DNA of 64,000 nucleotides from Eubacteriales bacterium (GCA_045593165.1 JAZNWF010000004.1:216-64215); one strand, 5' to 3'. Counted from the stretch's first letter, positions 15,704 to 25,154 are shown. The notes: generated by a model from the letters alone, not told the origin. A program made the numbers and translations.

Positions 15704-16924
15704 TTAAAGCGAATATTTACGGAATATCTTTTTACCCTTCTTGAGCTTGATGCCCTCAGCAAGCGCAGCTTCCGAAACGGTCTGACCGACGGAGGTTACC
15801 TTTTCACCGTCGATGCTGATGCCGCCCTGCTCGATAAGACGGCGGGCTTCACCCTTGCTCTTTGCAAGCTCGCCCAACACAAGAAGATCGATAACGCTGA
15901 TATTGCCGTCAACCAAAAGCGAAGCGTCTACAACGGTTGAGGGCATATTTGCGTCGTCGCCCTCGCCGCTGAAGAGTGCACGCGAGGTTGCTTCCGCCTT
16001 CTTTGCCTCTTCCTCGCCGTGAACGAGCTCGGTAAGGCTATACGCGAGTATGGATTTCTTTTCGTTGATGCGCGAACCGTCCCATTTTTCCATTTCGTCG
16101 ATTTCTTCGATAGGAATGAAGGTGAGCATACGGATGCACTTCATAACGTCAGCATCATCAACGTTGCGCCAATACTGATAAAATTCAAAGGGCGAGGTCT
16201 TGTTGGGATCGAGCCATACTGCATTGCCTGCGGTCTTGCCCATTTTCTTGCCCTGCGAGTCGGTAAGGAGGGTTATCGTCATCGCATTAGCGTCCTTGCC
16301 GAGCTTACGTCTTATAAGCTCGGTACCGCCGAGCATATTCGACCACTGGTCGTCGCCGCCAAACTGCAGATTGCAATCGTAGTTCTTGAAAAGATAATAG
16401 AAGTCGTAGGACTGCATTATCATATAGTTGAATTCGAGGAAGGAAAGACCCTTCTCCATTCTTTGCTTGTAGCATTCGGCTCTGAGCATATTGTTTACCG
16501 AGAAGCAGGCACCGACGTCGCGAAGCATATCAACGTAATTGAGGTTCAACAGCCAATCGGCGTTGGTGATCATCATTGCCTTATCTTCACCGAATTCGAT
16601 AAACTTTTCCATCTGCTTTTTGAAGCAATCGGCGTTATGGTCGATATCTTCCTTGGTGAGCATTTTTCTCATATCGCTTCTGCCCGAGGGGTCGCCGATC
16701 ATTGTCGTGCCGCCGCCGATAAGCGCAATAGGCTTGTTGCCCGCCATCTGAAGACGCTTCATAAGAGTGAGCGCCATAAAATGACCTGCGGTAAGGCTGT
16801 CTGCGGTGCAGTCAAAGCCGATATAAAACTTTGCCTTGCCGTTATTGACAAGCTCTCTGATCTCTTCCTCATTGGTTACCTGAGCTATCAGTCCGCGCGC
16901 TTTTAATTCTTCATAAATCTGCAT
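15704..16924 (-). CDS. tyrS: Tyrosine--tRNA ligase
   Basis: 406 aa. The class I HIGH-like motif (TADSLTAGHF), the KMGKT (KMSKS) motif and a C-terminal S4 domain are present. Confidence 0.95.
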   Translation of the reverse strand: MQIYEELKARGLIAQVTNEEEIRELVNNGKAKFYIGFDCTADSLTAGHFMALTLMKRLQMAGNKPIALIGGGTTMIGDPSGRSDMRKMLTKEDIDHNADCFKKQMEKFIEFGEDKAMMITNADWLLNLNYVDMLRDVGACFSVNNMLRAECYKQRMEKGLSFLEFNYMIMQSYDFYYLFKNYDCNLQFGGDDQWSNMLGGTELIRRKLGKDANAMTITLLTDSQGKKMGKTAGNAVWLDPNKTSPFEFYQYWRNVDDADVMKCIRMLTFIPIEEIDEMEKWDGSRINEKKSILAYSLTELVHGEEEAKKAEATSRALFSGEGDDANMPSTVVDASLLVDGNISVIDLLVLGELAKSKGEARRLIEQGGISIDGEKVTSVGQTVSEAALAEGIKLKKGKKIFRKYSL

Positions 16925-16998
16925 TTTTCCGATGCCTCCTATAAAATAAAGCCGAATAGGAAAAACCTTATCGGCGATAACTGTCCTTTGATTTGCAT

Positions 16999-17027
16999 AT
17001 TATATCATATTCGGTCATAAAAATCAA
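16999..17027 (-). promoter_or_regulatory. Sigma-A promoter for tyrS
   Basis: On the minus strand: TTGATT, 17-nt spacer, TATAAT. Confidence 0.55.
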
Positions 17028-17228
17028 TCCTTTTTAAGCATAAGTTAATGCTGCAGATAACGCCATTACAGCAAAAGGACACCTTTTGGCGCACCTGCGA
17101 TAAAGCAGGTGCACCTTCTCTTGCTGTACAGCAAGATATGTGTTATAATAAAAATAAGTCAATAATCTCTGCAAGGACAACTGAGGTATTCGTATGCTAA
17201 AATGTAAGCACAGAAAGGAGATGACTTT

Positions 17229-18431
17229 ATGGAAAACAAAAACTTAATTGACAAAGCCATCGGATTCATACAAAAGAATCCAAAAGACAATCTGTCGCTA
17301 CAGAGTATTGCAGATAACGCAGGATTTTCACTCACCTACTTTGATGCAATCTTCAGACAGCATACGGGATACAGCCCCGTGGAATACTCTCGTATTTACA
17401 AACTCACAAGAAGCGCACTTGAACTTCGCAGAACGCAAAAAAACATACTTGAAATTGCTCTTGACTTCGGCTATGCAAGCCCCGAAAGTTTCACTCGCGC
17501 CTTCAAAAACTTTTACAGTATCACGCCGAGTGAATACCGTGAAAAGTATTCTGGAGAGGCAGTCACTTGGCACGATCTTTCCGGTAAAATTGCAATCAGC
17601 CATTTCAGAAGAAGTTTTCCGGAATTAAAGGTGTCGGATATTGACCTCGCTCTGGACTTTTGCTTTACACATAATCCTCTTAAGTATGCCGAGGATATTG
17701 TAGGAATGACGGTTGCAGAGTCTGAGATCCTTACGCTTGGGAATCCCGAAAATCTTGAGCATTTTGTTTATGTGTCGGATTACAATTCCGTAGAGCCTGC
17801 CGTAATGCTCATCTGCGAAACAGAGGCAGACGCACTGCCTTATTTGAATCTATTCGGCAAACTCACAAATCCGAGATTCTCTGTACGCAGATCGGTTGAT
17901 ACGGAATGGGAGCTCTTTGATGCCGAAGTAGCAAAGTTAGGGCTTACCTGCCGTTACAGATACGATATGATCTATCCCAAAGATACGGTTTCTGTTCCTG
18001 AATATGAAGGTCTGGGAATTCGCTTGCTCACCATAGAAGATATGCCTTTAATAAAAACCTTCAAGCAAAGCGGCGGATGTGCAGAATGCCATGTCAGAGC
18101 AATCCAAATTCACTTTGATGGCAAGGGAAATGTAGGAATGACACCTATGGGGATTTTTGAAAATGAAGAACTGATTTGCCTCGCTATGCCTGATCTTGAT
18201 CAAATCAGAGAACTCAAAAAATATGATATTGGTGCTATTTTTACGATCAATACAACAAGCGAAGAAAAAGCTATCGACTTGATATGGAGATATGCTATTG
18301 ATTACTGTTTGAGAGACAATGCTACCATTGGAAACGCTAACTCAGACGAGGATGACTCACCTCTTGGAGTAGCAGTTTGTGAAAAAGTAGGCCTCGTAAA
18401 AGTTGCTAAAAATTGCGGTTATAGTAAATGA
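17229..18431 (+). CDS. AraC-family regulator with an N-terminal HTH and a C-terminal effector domain of uncertain, possibly GNAT-like, fold
   Basis: The first ~105 aa form a double HTH_18 (LSLQSIADNAGFSLTYFDAIFRQHTGYSPVEY...FGYASPESFTRAFKNFYSITPSEYR). The remaining ~295 aa are unassigned. Confidence 0.75.
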   Translation: MENKNLIDKAIGFIQKNPKDNLSLQSIADNAGFSLTYFDAIFRQHTGYSPVEYSRIYKLTRSALELRRTQKNILEIALDFGYASPESFTRAFKNFYSITPSEYREKYSGEAVTWHDLSGKIAISHFRRSFPELKVSDIDLALDFCFTHNPLKYAEDIVGMTVAESEILTLGNPENLEHFVYVSDYNSVEPAVMLICETEADALPYLNLFGKLTNPRFSVRRSVDTEWELFDAEVAKLGLTCRYRYDMIYPKDTVSVPEYEGLGIRLLTIEDMPLIKTFKQSGGCAECHVRAIQIHFDGKGNVGMTPMGIFENEELICLAMPDLDQIRELKKYDIGAIFTINTTSEEKAIDLIWRYAIDYCLRDNATIGNANSDEDDSPLGVAVCEKVGLVKVAKNCGYSK

Positions 18432-18780
18432 TCCTCGCCCCGCCTCGCGCGGGGCTTCGCTTTTGTGTCCACAAAAGCAGTGCTTGTCAGGAAAAGAAGA
18501 CAGGCTCTCGGAGCATACAAACCAAAGGCTCCCTCCGGGAGGGAGCTCCCGACGGAGTCGGGGGAGGGAGAGCGCGTTACAATTAAATTTATTAAAACTA
18601 AAGTCACGCGGGCTCTTTCCGTCACGCTCCGCGTGCCACCTTCCTCCCGGAGGAAGGCTTTACTATCGCCCGACTGTATGGGAAAGGAGTACGAACAAAT
18701 CGTCCGTACTCCTTTGGTTTTAGGCAGGTAAAACCTGCTTTATGGAAGGCACCCCTTCGGTGTCCTTTTGATTATATTTT
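18432..18780. repeat. GC-rich, hairpin-dense intergenic block between convergent genes
   Basis: At least 8 consecutive stem-loops: CCCCGC..GCGGGG, CTTTTGTG..CACAAAAG, GCTCCCT..AGGGAGC, CCCGAC..GTCGGG, CCTTCCTCC..GGAGGAAGG, GGAGTACG..CGTACTCC, AGCAGGT..ACCTGCT, GGACACC..GGTGCC. Local GC is well above the flanks. Confidence 0.5.
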
Positions 18781-18787
18781 GATGAAA

Positions 18788-19408
18788 TCAGGTATTCTTC
18801 ATTATAACCGATCCAACGCATTCACTTACGTGCTCGCAAGCGTCGGCACAGGATTCAAGGCAATCGAATACCTTACGCCAGGAAACTATTGCAAGAATAT
18901 CGTTGGATTCCTTTGTAAGATCACGCATTGAAGAGAGGTAAAGCTTGTCGCATTCCTCCTCGACGTCATTAAGCTCGATAATAAGCTCGTGTATCTTCTT
19001 GGACTTTTTGAAATTTTCAAACTCTCCCATAAGCGTGCAGAGAAGCTCGCAGGATTTTACGATATTTTTAGCAAACGCAACGGCAGAGGGATATACTGTC
19101 TGAATATTGTATATATAGAACTTCTGCAATATTTCTTCGATTTTATCGGTGACCTCGTCGAGATTATGGCTTAACATATCCAAATCCTCACGGTCGATGG
19201 GAGTTACGAACGCCTTTGCCAATGCTTCTGTCATTTCGTGCTTCTTGTTATCGGCGTTATGCTCGATAGCGTGCATTTCCTCAAGCATAGTCGTGATATT
19301 TTCGGGGTCGTAATTTTCAAGACATTTTACAAGATAGCATGCTGCCTGCTTGGAAAGCTCGGTGCTTGCAGAGAAGTTATCGAAATAGAATTTATCGCCC
19401 TTAGCCAT
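18788..19408 (-). CDS. DUF47 / PhoU-like putative phosphate transport regulator
   Basis: 206 aa, helical and acidic. It lies immediately downstream of the Pit transporter, which is the conserved pairing. Confidence 0.75.
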   Translation of the reverse strand: MAKGDKFYFDNFSASTELSKQAACYLVKCLENYDPENITTMLEEMHAIEHNADNKKHEMTEALAKAFVTPIDREDLDMLSHNLDEVTDKIEEILQKFYIYNIQTVYPSAVAFAKNIVKSCELLCTLMGEFENFKKSKKIHELIIELNDVEEECDKLYLSSMRDLTKESNDILAIVSWRKVFDCLESCADACEHVSECVGSVIMKNT

Positions 19409-19422
19409 TTTTTATTTTCCTT

Positions 19423-20484
19423 TCAAGTAAATATCATCATAAACAGTTTAGTCATCAAGAAGCCCACAAGTCCGCATCCGGGGAAGGTAAGCACCCAAGT
19501 GAATACCATTTCCTTAACCACGCCGAAGTTGATTGCAGAAACCCTCTTCACCGCGCCAACGCCCATAATAGACGTTGTCTTTGCGTGTGTGGTTGATACA
19601 GGCAAGCTGAATACCGAGCAGAACAGAAGCGACAATGCCGCCGCGATATCCGCCGAGAAGCCCTGATATTTTTCGAGCTTAACCATATCCATACCAACTG
19701 ATTTGATTATCTTTTTGCCGCCCATAGCAGTACCGAGTGCCATTACTACCGAGCAGAGAACCATAAGCCACATATATTCGCCTGCGATATCTATATCGGA
19801 GGGCAGGCTTTCACCCTTGGACATATACACGCAAAGCAGGATAACGCCCATAAACTTCTGACCGTCCTGCGCGCCGTGCATAAATGCCATCGATGCCGCA
19901 CCCGCGATCTGCGCACCCTTGAAGAAGGGTTCGGTTTTAGGTCGATTTGCTTTGTAGAATAGAATGGTAACCAATTTACAAACTATCCAACCCAAGCCAA
20001 AGCCGAGTGCAACCGAAATGCCGATACCGTATACGACCTTTATCCATTCGTCGCCGTTTACACCGCCCAAGCTGTTGTGAAGTGCTATGGCACTACCGGT
20101 AAGACCTGCGATCAGCGCGTGGCTTTCGCTGGTGGGAATACCGAACACCCAAGCAAGCGTTGCCCAAAGAACTATAGCAAACAACGCCGCGCTTAACGCG
20201 ATAATGGCTTTATCGGGGTCTGCGCCGAAATCCACCATTTTGGTTATCGTTTCGGCAACGGTAGCGTTGATGAGCGTCATTACGAAAACGCCCAAGAAAT
20301 TGAACACCGCCGCCATAAGTATTGCCGCCTTTGGTGGCATACACCTTGTTACGACACACGTTGCGATAGCATTGGGAGCATCCGTCCAACCGTTTACCAG
20401 AATTACGCCTAACGTCAGCGATACTGCGATAAACAGAAGCGGATTATCCGTCATTTGATTCCAAAATGCTAAAATAGAATCCAT
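19423..20484 (-). CDS. pit: Inorganic phosphate transporter, PiT family
   Basis: 353 aa polytopic membrane protein. The NGWTDAPNAIAT and GAQDGQKFMG motifs are typical of PitA/PHO4. Confidence 0.85.
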   Translation of the reverse strand: MDSILAFWNQMTDNPLLFIAVSLTLGVILVNGWTDAPNAIATCVVTRCMPPKAAILMAAVFNFLGVFVMTLINATVAETITKMVDFGADPDKAIIALSAALFAIVLWATLAWVFGIPTSESHALIAGLTGSAIALHNSLGGVNGDEWIKVVYGIGISVALGFGLGWIVCKLVTILFYKANRPKTEPFFKGAQIAGAASMAFMHGAQDGQKFMGVILLCVYMSKGESLPSDIDIAGEYMWLMVLCSVVMALGTAMGGKKIIKSVGMDMVKLEKYQGFSADIAAALSLLFCSVFSLPVSTTHAKTTSIMGVGAVKRVSAINFGVVKEMVFTWVLTFPGCGLVGFLMTKLFMMIFT

Positions 20485-20644
20485 ACTTTACCGTTCCTTT
20501 TCTGCCGTTGATCGAAAACACGATATTTACAGTTTGTCGCAAGAAGCAAAAAATATGCTCCTTCAATTATTGTATAATATTTTATAAAAATGTCAATACG
20601 CTTATCCCCATAAACATACTTTCTTAATCAAATATTAAATTCTA

Positions 20645-20691
20645 TATAAAAAGCGTTACGGAAAGTGCTGTCGCACCAAGCTCGTAACGCT
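20645..20691. terminator. Terminator downstream of glnA
   Basis: AGCGTTACG / CGTAACGCT stem flanked by A/T runs. Confidence 0.55.
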
Positions 20692-20718
20692 TTTATTGTG
20701 ATTTATGAAGACATCACT

Positions 20719-22140
20719 TTAAAGATTATAATATCTTTCGAATTCGGCAGGATGAGGTATAGAAGCAAGCTGTCTGCATTCGTCACGCTTTGTCTTGATG
20801 AAATTGCGGATAAGCTCCTCGGGGAATACTCCGCCCTCGGTAAGATAAGCAAAATCCTTTTCTAAACAGTCGAGTGCCTCGTCAAGCGACACGGGAAGAC
20901 TCTGAAGCTTTGCCTTTTCCTCTTCGGGCAGGTTATAAAGGTTCATATCGTAGGGACCCCAGCCGTTTGCATGAGGATCGATCTTATTCTTTACACCGTC
21001 AAGCCCTGCCATAAGGATAGCCGCATAGCAGAAATAGGGGTTGCAGGTCGCATCGGGATTACGAAGCTCAAAGCGACGCTTATCGGGGCTCTTTGCATAT
21101 GCGGGAATACGAATAACCGCACTGCGATTGGAGGTTGCATAACCAACGGTTACGGGCGCTTCGAAGCCGGGCACCAAGCGCTTGAAGGAGTTGGTGCTGG
21201 GGTTGGTGATAGCACACAGTGAGCCGATATGCTTCAAAAGACCGCCGATGAAATAATGTGCGGTTTCGCTGAGATGCGAATAGCCGTTATCGTCGGAAAA
21301 TACAGGAACACCGTCCTTGAACAGAAGCATATGGACGTGCATACCGCTGCCTGCCTCACCGTATATGGGCTTTGGCATAAATGTTGCGCTCTTGCCGTAC
21401 TTAAGAGCGGTATTGTGAATGATATACTTTATCATCATCGTAGCGTCAGCCATATGAACGACCTCACCAAGCTGAGGTTCGATTTCGAACTGACCCGAAG
21501 CCGCAACCTCGGGATGATGGTAGTTTATTTCAATGCCTGCCTCTTTCATAAGAAGGCACATTTCACTACGGCATTCATAAGACGTATCGAACGGCTTTGC
21601 GATATGATAGTTCTTCTGCTTCGCAACTACAACACCGTGTCCCTCGTTATCGGAGTTCCAATAGGATTGCTTTGCATCTACGGTAGCACCGATATGCTTG
21701 CCGTCCACGTTCCAGGTAACGTTATCGAAAAGATAAAACTCAAATTCGGGCAATATCTTCATTTCGTCGGCAACGCCGCTGTTCTTCATATATTCTACAG
21801 CCGCTTTGATTATATTGCGGGGATATTGAGCTAAGGGACGGTTTTCGTGAGTATCGATTATCATCGCGTTGCCCGTCATAGAAAGCGTGGGAATATCGCA
21901 GAAGGGGTCGATGACCGCGGTATCGGGATCGGGGATAAAGACCATATCACTTTTTTCAACCACAGCGTAGCCATAGTTTGACGCGTCAAAGCCTATACCG
22001 CTTTTCATCGTATCCTCCGAAAAGTTTTCAGCAGGAATAGTAACGTGACGGTACTGACCGTTTATATCGACCATTTTAAAGTCGACCATTTTAATTCCGT
22101 TTTCTTTGATAAGGTTAAGAACATCGTGAACATTTGCCAT
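20719..22140 (-). CDS. glnA: Glutamine synthetase (type I)
   Basis: Start at MANVHDVLNL (ATG at 22140, RBS AGAGG). GS motifs are present: beta-grasp FKMVDINGQYRHVTIP, EVAASGQFEIE, GSGMHVHMLL, NPSTNSFKRLVPGFEAP. Confidence 0.9.
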   Translation of the reverse strand: MANVHDVLNLIKENGIKMVDFKMVDINGQYRHVTIPAENFSEDTMKSGIGFDASNYGYAVVEKSDMVFIPDPDTAVIDPFCDIPTLSMTGNAMIIDTHENRPLAQYPRNIIKAAVEYMKNSGVADEMKILPEFEFYLFDNVTWNVDGKHIGATVDAKQSYWNSDNEGHGVVVAKQKNYHIAKPFDTSYECRSEMCLLMKEAGIEINYHHPEVAASGQFEIEPQLGEVVHMADATMMIKYIIHNTALKYGKSATFMPKPIYGEAGSGMHVHMLLFKDGVPVFSDDNGYSHLSETAHYFIGGLLKHIGSLCAITNPSTNSFKRLVPGFEAPVTVGYATSNRSAVIRIPAYAKSPDKRRFELRNPDATCNPYFCYAAILMAGLDGVKNKIDPHANGWGPYDMNLYNLPEEEKAKLQSLPVSLDEALDCLEKDFAYLTEGGVFPEELIRNFIKTKRDECRQLASIPHPAEFERYYNL

Positions 22141-22267
22141 AGGCCTATACCTCTTTCGTTCGTTGTTATTAAAAATAATATAGCAAAAACCGTGTTGTCT
22201 TGTCAATATACTGATTAAAACATAATAAAAGCCTCGGTTTCACCGAGGCTTTTATGCATATTCTAAT

Positions 22268-22615
22268 TTAATCGTTTGTGCTTTCTTCGGTTTCCTCAAC
22301 CGCTCTGGCAAGTCCTGCCGCTGCGGATACGGGCATAGAAAATACCATTCCCTGCGCCTTTTGCTGCATACCCATTTTCTTATACAAAGCGTGAAGCACG
22401 TTATCTCGGATATCCTTTTCCACTACAAGCATAAGTATTTCCTTTTCGGCGTGGATGGTAATGCCGAAAAACGCCGCTTCCTTTTCCTTTGCAACGCCAC
22501 GTCCGCTGATAATAGTACCGCCGCGCGCGCCCTGCTCACGTGCTACCTGCATAGCATCCTCCGCGTAGCCCGCGTTTATAATAGCGAAAATTACTTCATA
22601 ATTATTCGTAGCCAT
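22268..22615 (-). CDS. P-II-like family protein
   Basis: 115 aa with a ferredoxin-like beta-alpha-beta repeat pattern (EVIFAIINAGYAEDAMQVAREQGARGGTIISGRG...). It is the last gene of a DUF1538-PII-PII operon. Confidence 0.6.
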   Translation of the reverse strand: MATNNYEVIFAIINAGYAEDAMQVAREQGARGGTIISGRGVAKEKEAAFFGITIHAEKEILMLVVEKDIRDNVLHALYKKMGMQQKAQGMVFSMPVSAAAGLARAVEETEESTND

Positions 22616-22617
22616 AA

Positions 22618-22986
22618 TTAATCCTCCCTGCCCTGCTTGTTATTGCTCAAGAACTGATACATATTTATACTGATAACACTTGAAAGCGGCACGGCTATTG
22701 CTATGCCCTTTCCGTTTCGAATGGTTTCGAATTTGTTCTCAAGACATTTTATGATAGGAGCAACCATATCCTCACGAACCACGCTCAGTATGACCGCCTT
22801 GTGTATGTTAAGGCCGAGCATATCTATTATATCGGAGGTTGCGGTGCCCTTGCCGCCCGTGACCATTTGAAAGTTCACCTCGAACTGACTGAAAATATCA
22901 AGATAGAACTCCGCTTTGGTTCGATCCACTACAGTGATTATAAGCTGCAGCTTCTTTATAGCCGACTCGTTAATTGTGTTTGCCAT
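22618..22986 (-). CDS. P-II-like family protein
   Basis: 122 aa with the same fold pattern (LQLIITVVDRTKAEFYLDIFSQFEVNFQMVTGGKGTA...). A 2-nt gap separates it from the next gene. Confidence 0.6.
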   Translation of the reverse strand: MANTINESAIKKLQLIITVVDRTKAEFYLDIFSQFEVNFQMVTGGKGTATSDIIDMLGLNIHKAVILSVVREDMVAPIIKCLENKFETIRNGKGIAIAVPLSSVISINMYQFLSNNKQGRED

Positions 22987-22997
22987 AGTCTGCCTCC

Positions 22998-24524
22998 TTA
23001 CATAAAATTGATGATATGCTCATCATCTTCAACCTGCAGGATTCGACGCATCGCACGTCTTTCCTTGATCTTATTTGAAACAACCGCCTTGAATCCGAGC
23101 AGCTGGATCGTAATAAGAGGAGCCATAGCAACCAAAGCAACCACACCGAAGCCGTCACGCAGTACCGCACTTTCGCCCTGCAGAGCCGCACATACACCGA
23201 TAGCAAACGGCAGAATGAAGCCCGAGGTCATAGGTCCGCTCGCCACGCCGCCCGAGTCAAACGCGATTGCGGTATAAACAGGCGGAACGAACAACGACAA
23301 CGCCAACGAAATGAAATAGCCCGGGATGATATAGTAAACCAAGGAAAAATCGTATACAATACGTATCACGCTTAACGCGATCGCTACACCTACGCCGGCA
23401 CACAAGCCCAGCATCATCGATTTTTTGCTGACGTAGCCGCCCGTTACATCTTCAACCTGTGCGTTAAGTACGTGGATCGCAGGCTCTGCCATAACGACCA
23501 GAACACCCATAAGGAATCCGAGGCCTATAAGCAAGCCTGTCGGCAAGGACGACAGCTGTGTTCCTATTTTATAACCAATGGGCATATAGCCGACATTAAC
23601 ACCCGTTAAGAATATAACCAATCCGATATAGGTAAAGACAACGCCGACACCTATCTTCATCAGATGTCTTTTTTTAAGCTTAAGGAAAAACACCTGACAA
23701 AGCAGGAAGAAAACGACAATAAGGCCGAGCGCGATAGCAACCTCTTTTGCCACGTGAAGTATATTTTCAAGATACACCTTTACTATATCCGTTTCGACCG
23801 CTCCGTAATTTACCGTATAGTTCAAATCGTTACGGGCAAATATTCCGAGCACCAAGACTGCAAGAATGGGACCTATCGAGCAAAGAGCTACAAGACCGAA
23901 GCTGTTTTCCTGACTGCGACGGTCGCCTAAAACCTTAGAGATACCGACGCCCAGCGCCATAATAAACGGAACGGTTATCGGACCCGTTGTTACACCGCCC
24001 GAATCGAATGCCATAGGAAGCAGGTCAATATTGCCGTTTATCGAAAGCATCAACGCCAAGGCGAACAAAAGCATATAGAACAGCATCAGAATATTGGATA
24101 GGCGGCGTTTGAAGACTATACGCAAAATAGCGATCACCAAAAACGTACCAACGCCAAATCCGACGGTATATATCAAAAGCTTTCCGTTCATAACCGAGCT
24201 TACCTGATTGGCAAGCACCTGCAGATCGGGCTCTGCAACGGTAATAAGCATACCGAGAACGAAGCACACAGCCAAAAGTAATCCGATAGATTTCTGCTTG
24301 GAAAGTCCCGAGCCGACGTGCACGCCCATAGGAGTCATCGCGATATCGGCACCGAGATTAAAGAATCCGATACCGAAAACCAGCAAGATTGCTCCTACCG
24401 TAAAGCTTATCATTTCATATTTATTAAAAGAAAATCCGGGAAGCAGTGCCATCAGATACACCAACAAGGTAATCGGCAATACCGAAACCAACGCTTCTCG
24501 AATCTTCGCAAATAATTCCTTCAA
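22998..24524 (-). CDS. DUF1538-type polytopic membrane protein (internally duplicated)
   Basis: 508 aa in two homologous halves, each with the motif AFDSGGV(T/A)(T/S)GP(I/M)T. There are about 12 TM helices. Confidence 0.65.
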   Translation of the reverse strand: MKELFAKIREALVSVLPITLLVYLMALLPGFSFNKYEMISFTVGAILLVFGIGFFNLGADIAMTPMGVHVGSGLSKQKSIGLLLAVCFVLGMLITVAEPDLQVLANQVSSVMNGKLLIYTVGFGVGTFLVIAILRIVFKRRLSNILMLFYMLLFALALMLSINGNIDLLPMAFDSGGVTTGPITVPFIMALGVGISKVLGDRRSQENSFGLVALCSIGPILAVLVLGIFARNDLNYTVNYGAVETDIVKVYLENILHVAKEVAIALGLIVVFFLLCQVFFLKLKKRHLMKIGVGVVFTYIGLVIFLTGVNVGYMPIGYKIGTQLSSLPTGLLIGLGFLMGVLVVMAEPAIHVLNAQVEDVTGGYVSKKSMMLGLCAGVGVAIALSVIRIVYDFSLVYYIIPGYFISLALSLFVPPVYTAIAFDSGGVASGPMTSGFILPFAIGVCAALQGESAVLRDGFGVVALVAMAPLITIQLLGFKAVVSNKIKERRAMRRILQVEDDEHIINFM

Positions 24525-24761
24525 TCCGCTTCACCGCCTGAAATAATCATACTACAACCATACAATTTAATGTATTTATGTGTACTGTTTTATTATAGCA
24601 TAAACCTATCACCCAAACAAGAAATATTTGCCTTGTTAACAATAAATTTACCGAGCCTTATCTTTTGAAAAATTGTGAGTTTTTACTAATAACGGTTGGA
24701 TCGAAACAGAAAAAACGCCCTTTCGGACGCTTTCTGTTTTAGTATATCTGCGATCAGTATA

Positions 24762-24790
24762 GAAAAAAGACACGGTGCGTGTCTTTTTAC
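24762..24790. terminator. Terminator downstream of ireB
   Basis: AGACACG / CGTGTCT stem flanked by A6 and T5. Confidence 0.7.
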
Positions 24791-24832
24791 ATTCGTCGTG
24801 AAAAATTCCTTATTCTACTGTTTGGTATACGA

Positions 24833-25048
24833 TTAATTGTCTGCCTTGAAATATACTTCAAGAATGCGATAGCTTATTTCTTCGACATCAAGCTTCGCAA
24901 TTAAATCGCGGGCATTGTTGTGAGGTGTTATGTAAGTGGGGTCATTTGTGAAAATATATCCCAATATCTGCGAAATAGGATTATATCCCTTTTCGGATAA
25001 TGCATCATATACGATTTTTAGAGTTTCATCGATGCTCAGATTATTCAT
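24833..25048 (-). CDS. ireB: IreB-family regulatory phosphoprotein (UPF0297/DUF965)
   Basis: 71 aa starting at MNNLSIDETLKIVYDALSEKGYNPISQILGYIFTNDPTYITPHNNARDLI, with RBS AGAGGA and promoter TTGAAA-17-TATACT just upstream. The longer tracked ORF (to 25339) crosses that promoter. Confidence 0.8.
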   Translation of the reverse strand: MNNLSIDETLKIVYDALSEKGYNPISQILGYIFTNDPTYITPHNNARDLIAKLDVEEISYRILEVYFKADN

Positions 25049-25154
25049 ATCCTCTGTTTTTGAAATAGACACGAGAAAGTGCTCCTTTGATTTGTATTTT
25101 AGTTTGTTCAGTATAACACATGGTTCGGTTCTTTTCAATAAAAATAAAATGATT

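Noticed and set aside
16019-16906. 295-aa ORF on the plus strand
   Set aside because: It is entirely antisense to tyrS, whose product has unmistakable class I aaRS motifs. It has no RBS, and its composition is typical of a shadow frame.
18403-18731. 106-aa and 88-aa ORFs in the GC-rich block
   Set aside because: The products are low-complexity R/S/P/G-rich translations of hairpin DNA. They have no RBS and overlap the end of the AraC-family gene.
21229-21834. 201-aa ORF on the plus strand
   Set aside because: It is antisense to glnA.
22141-22206. Long form of glnA (495 aa)
   Set aside because: The GS N-terminus begins at MANVHDV with an RBS. The extension covers the promoter region.
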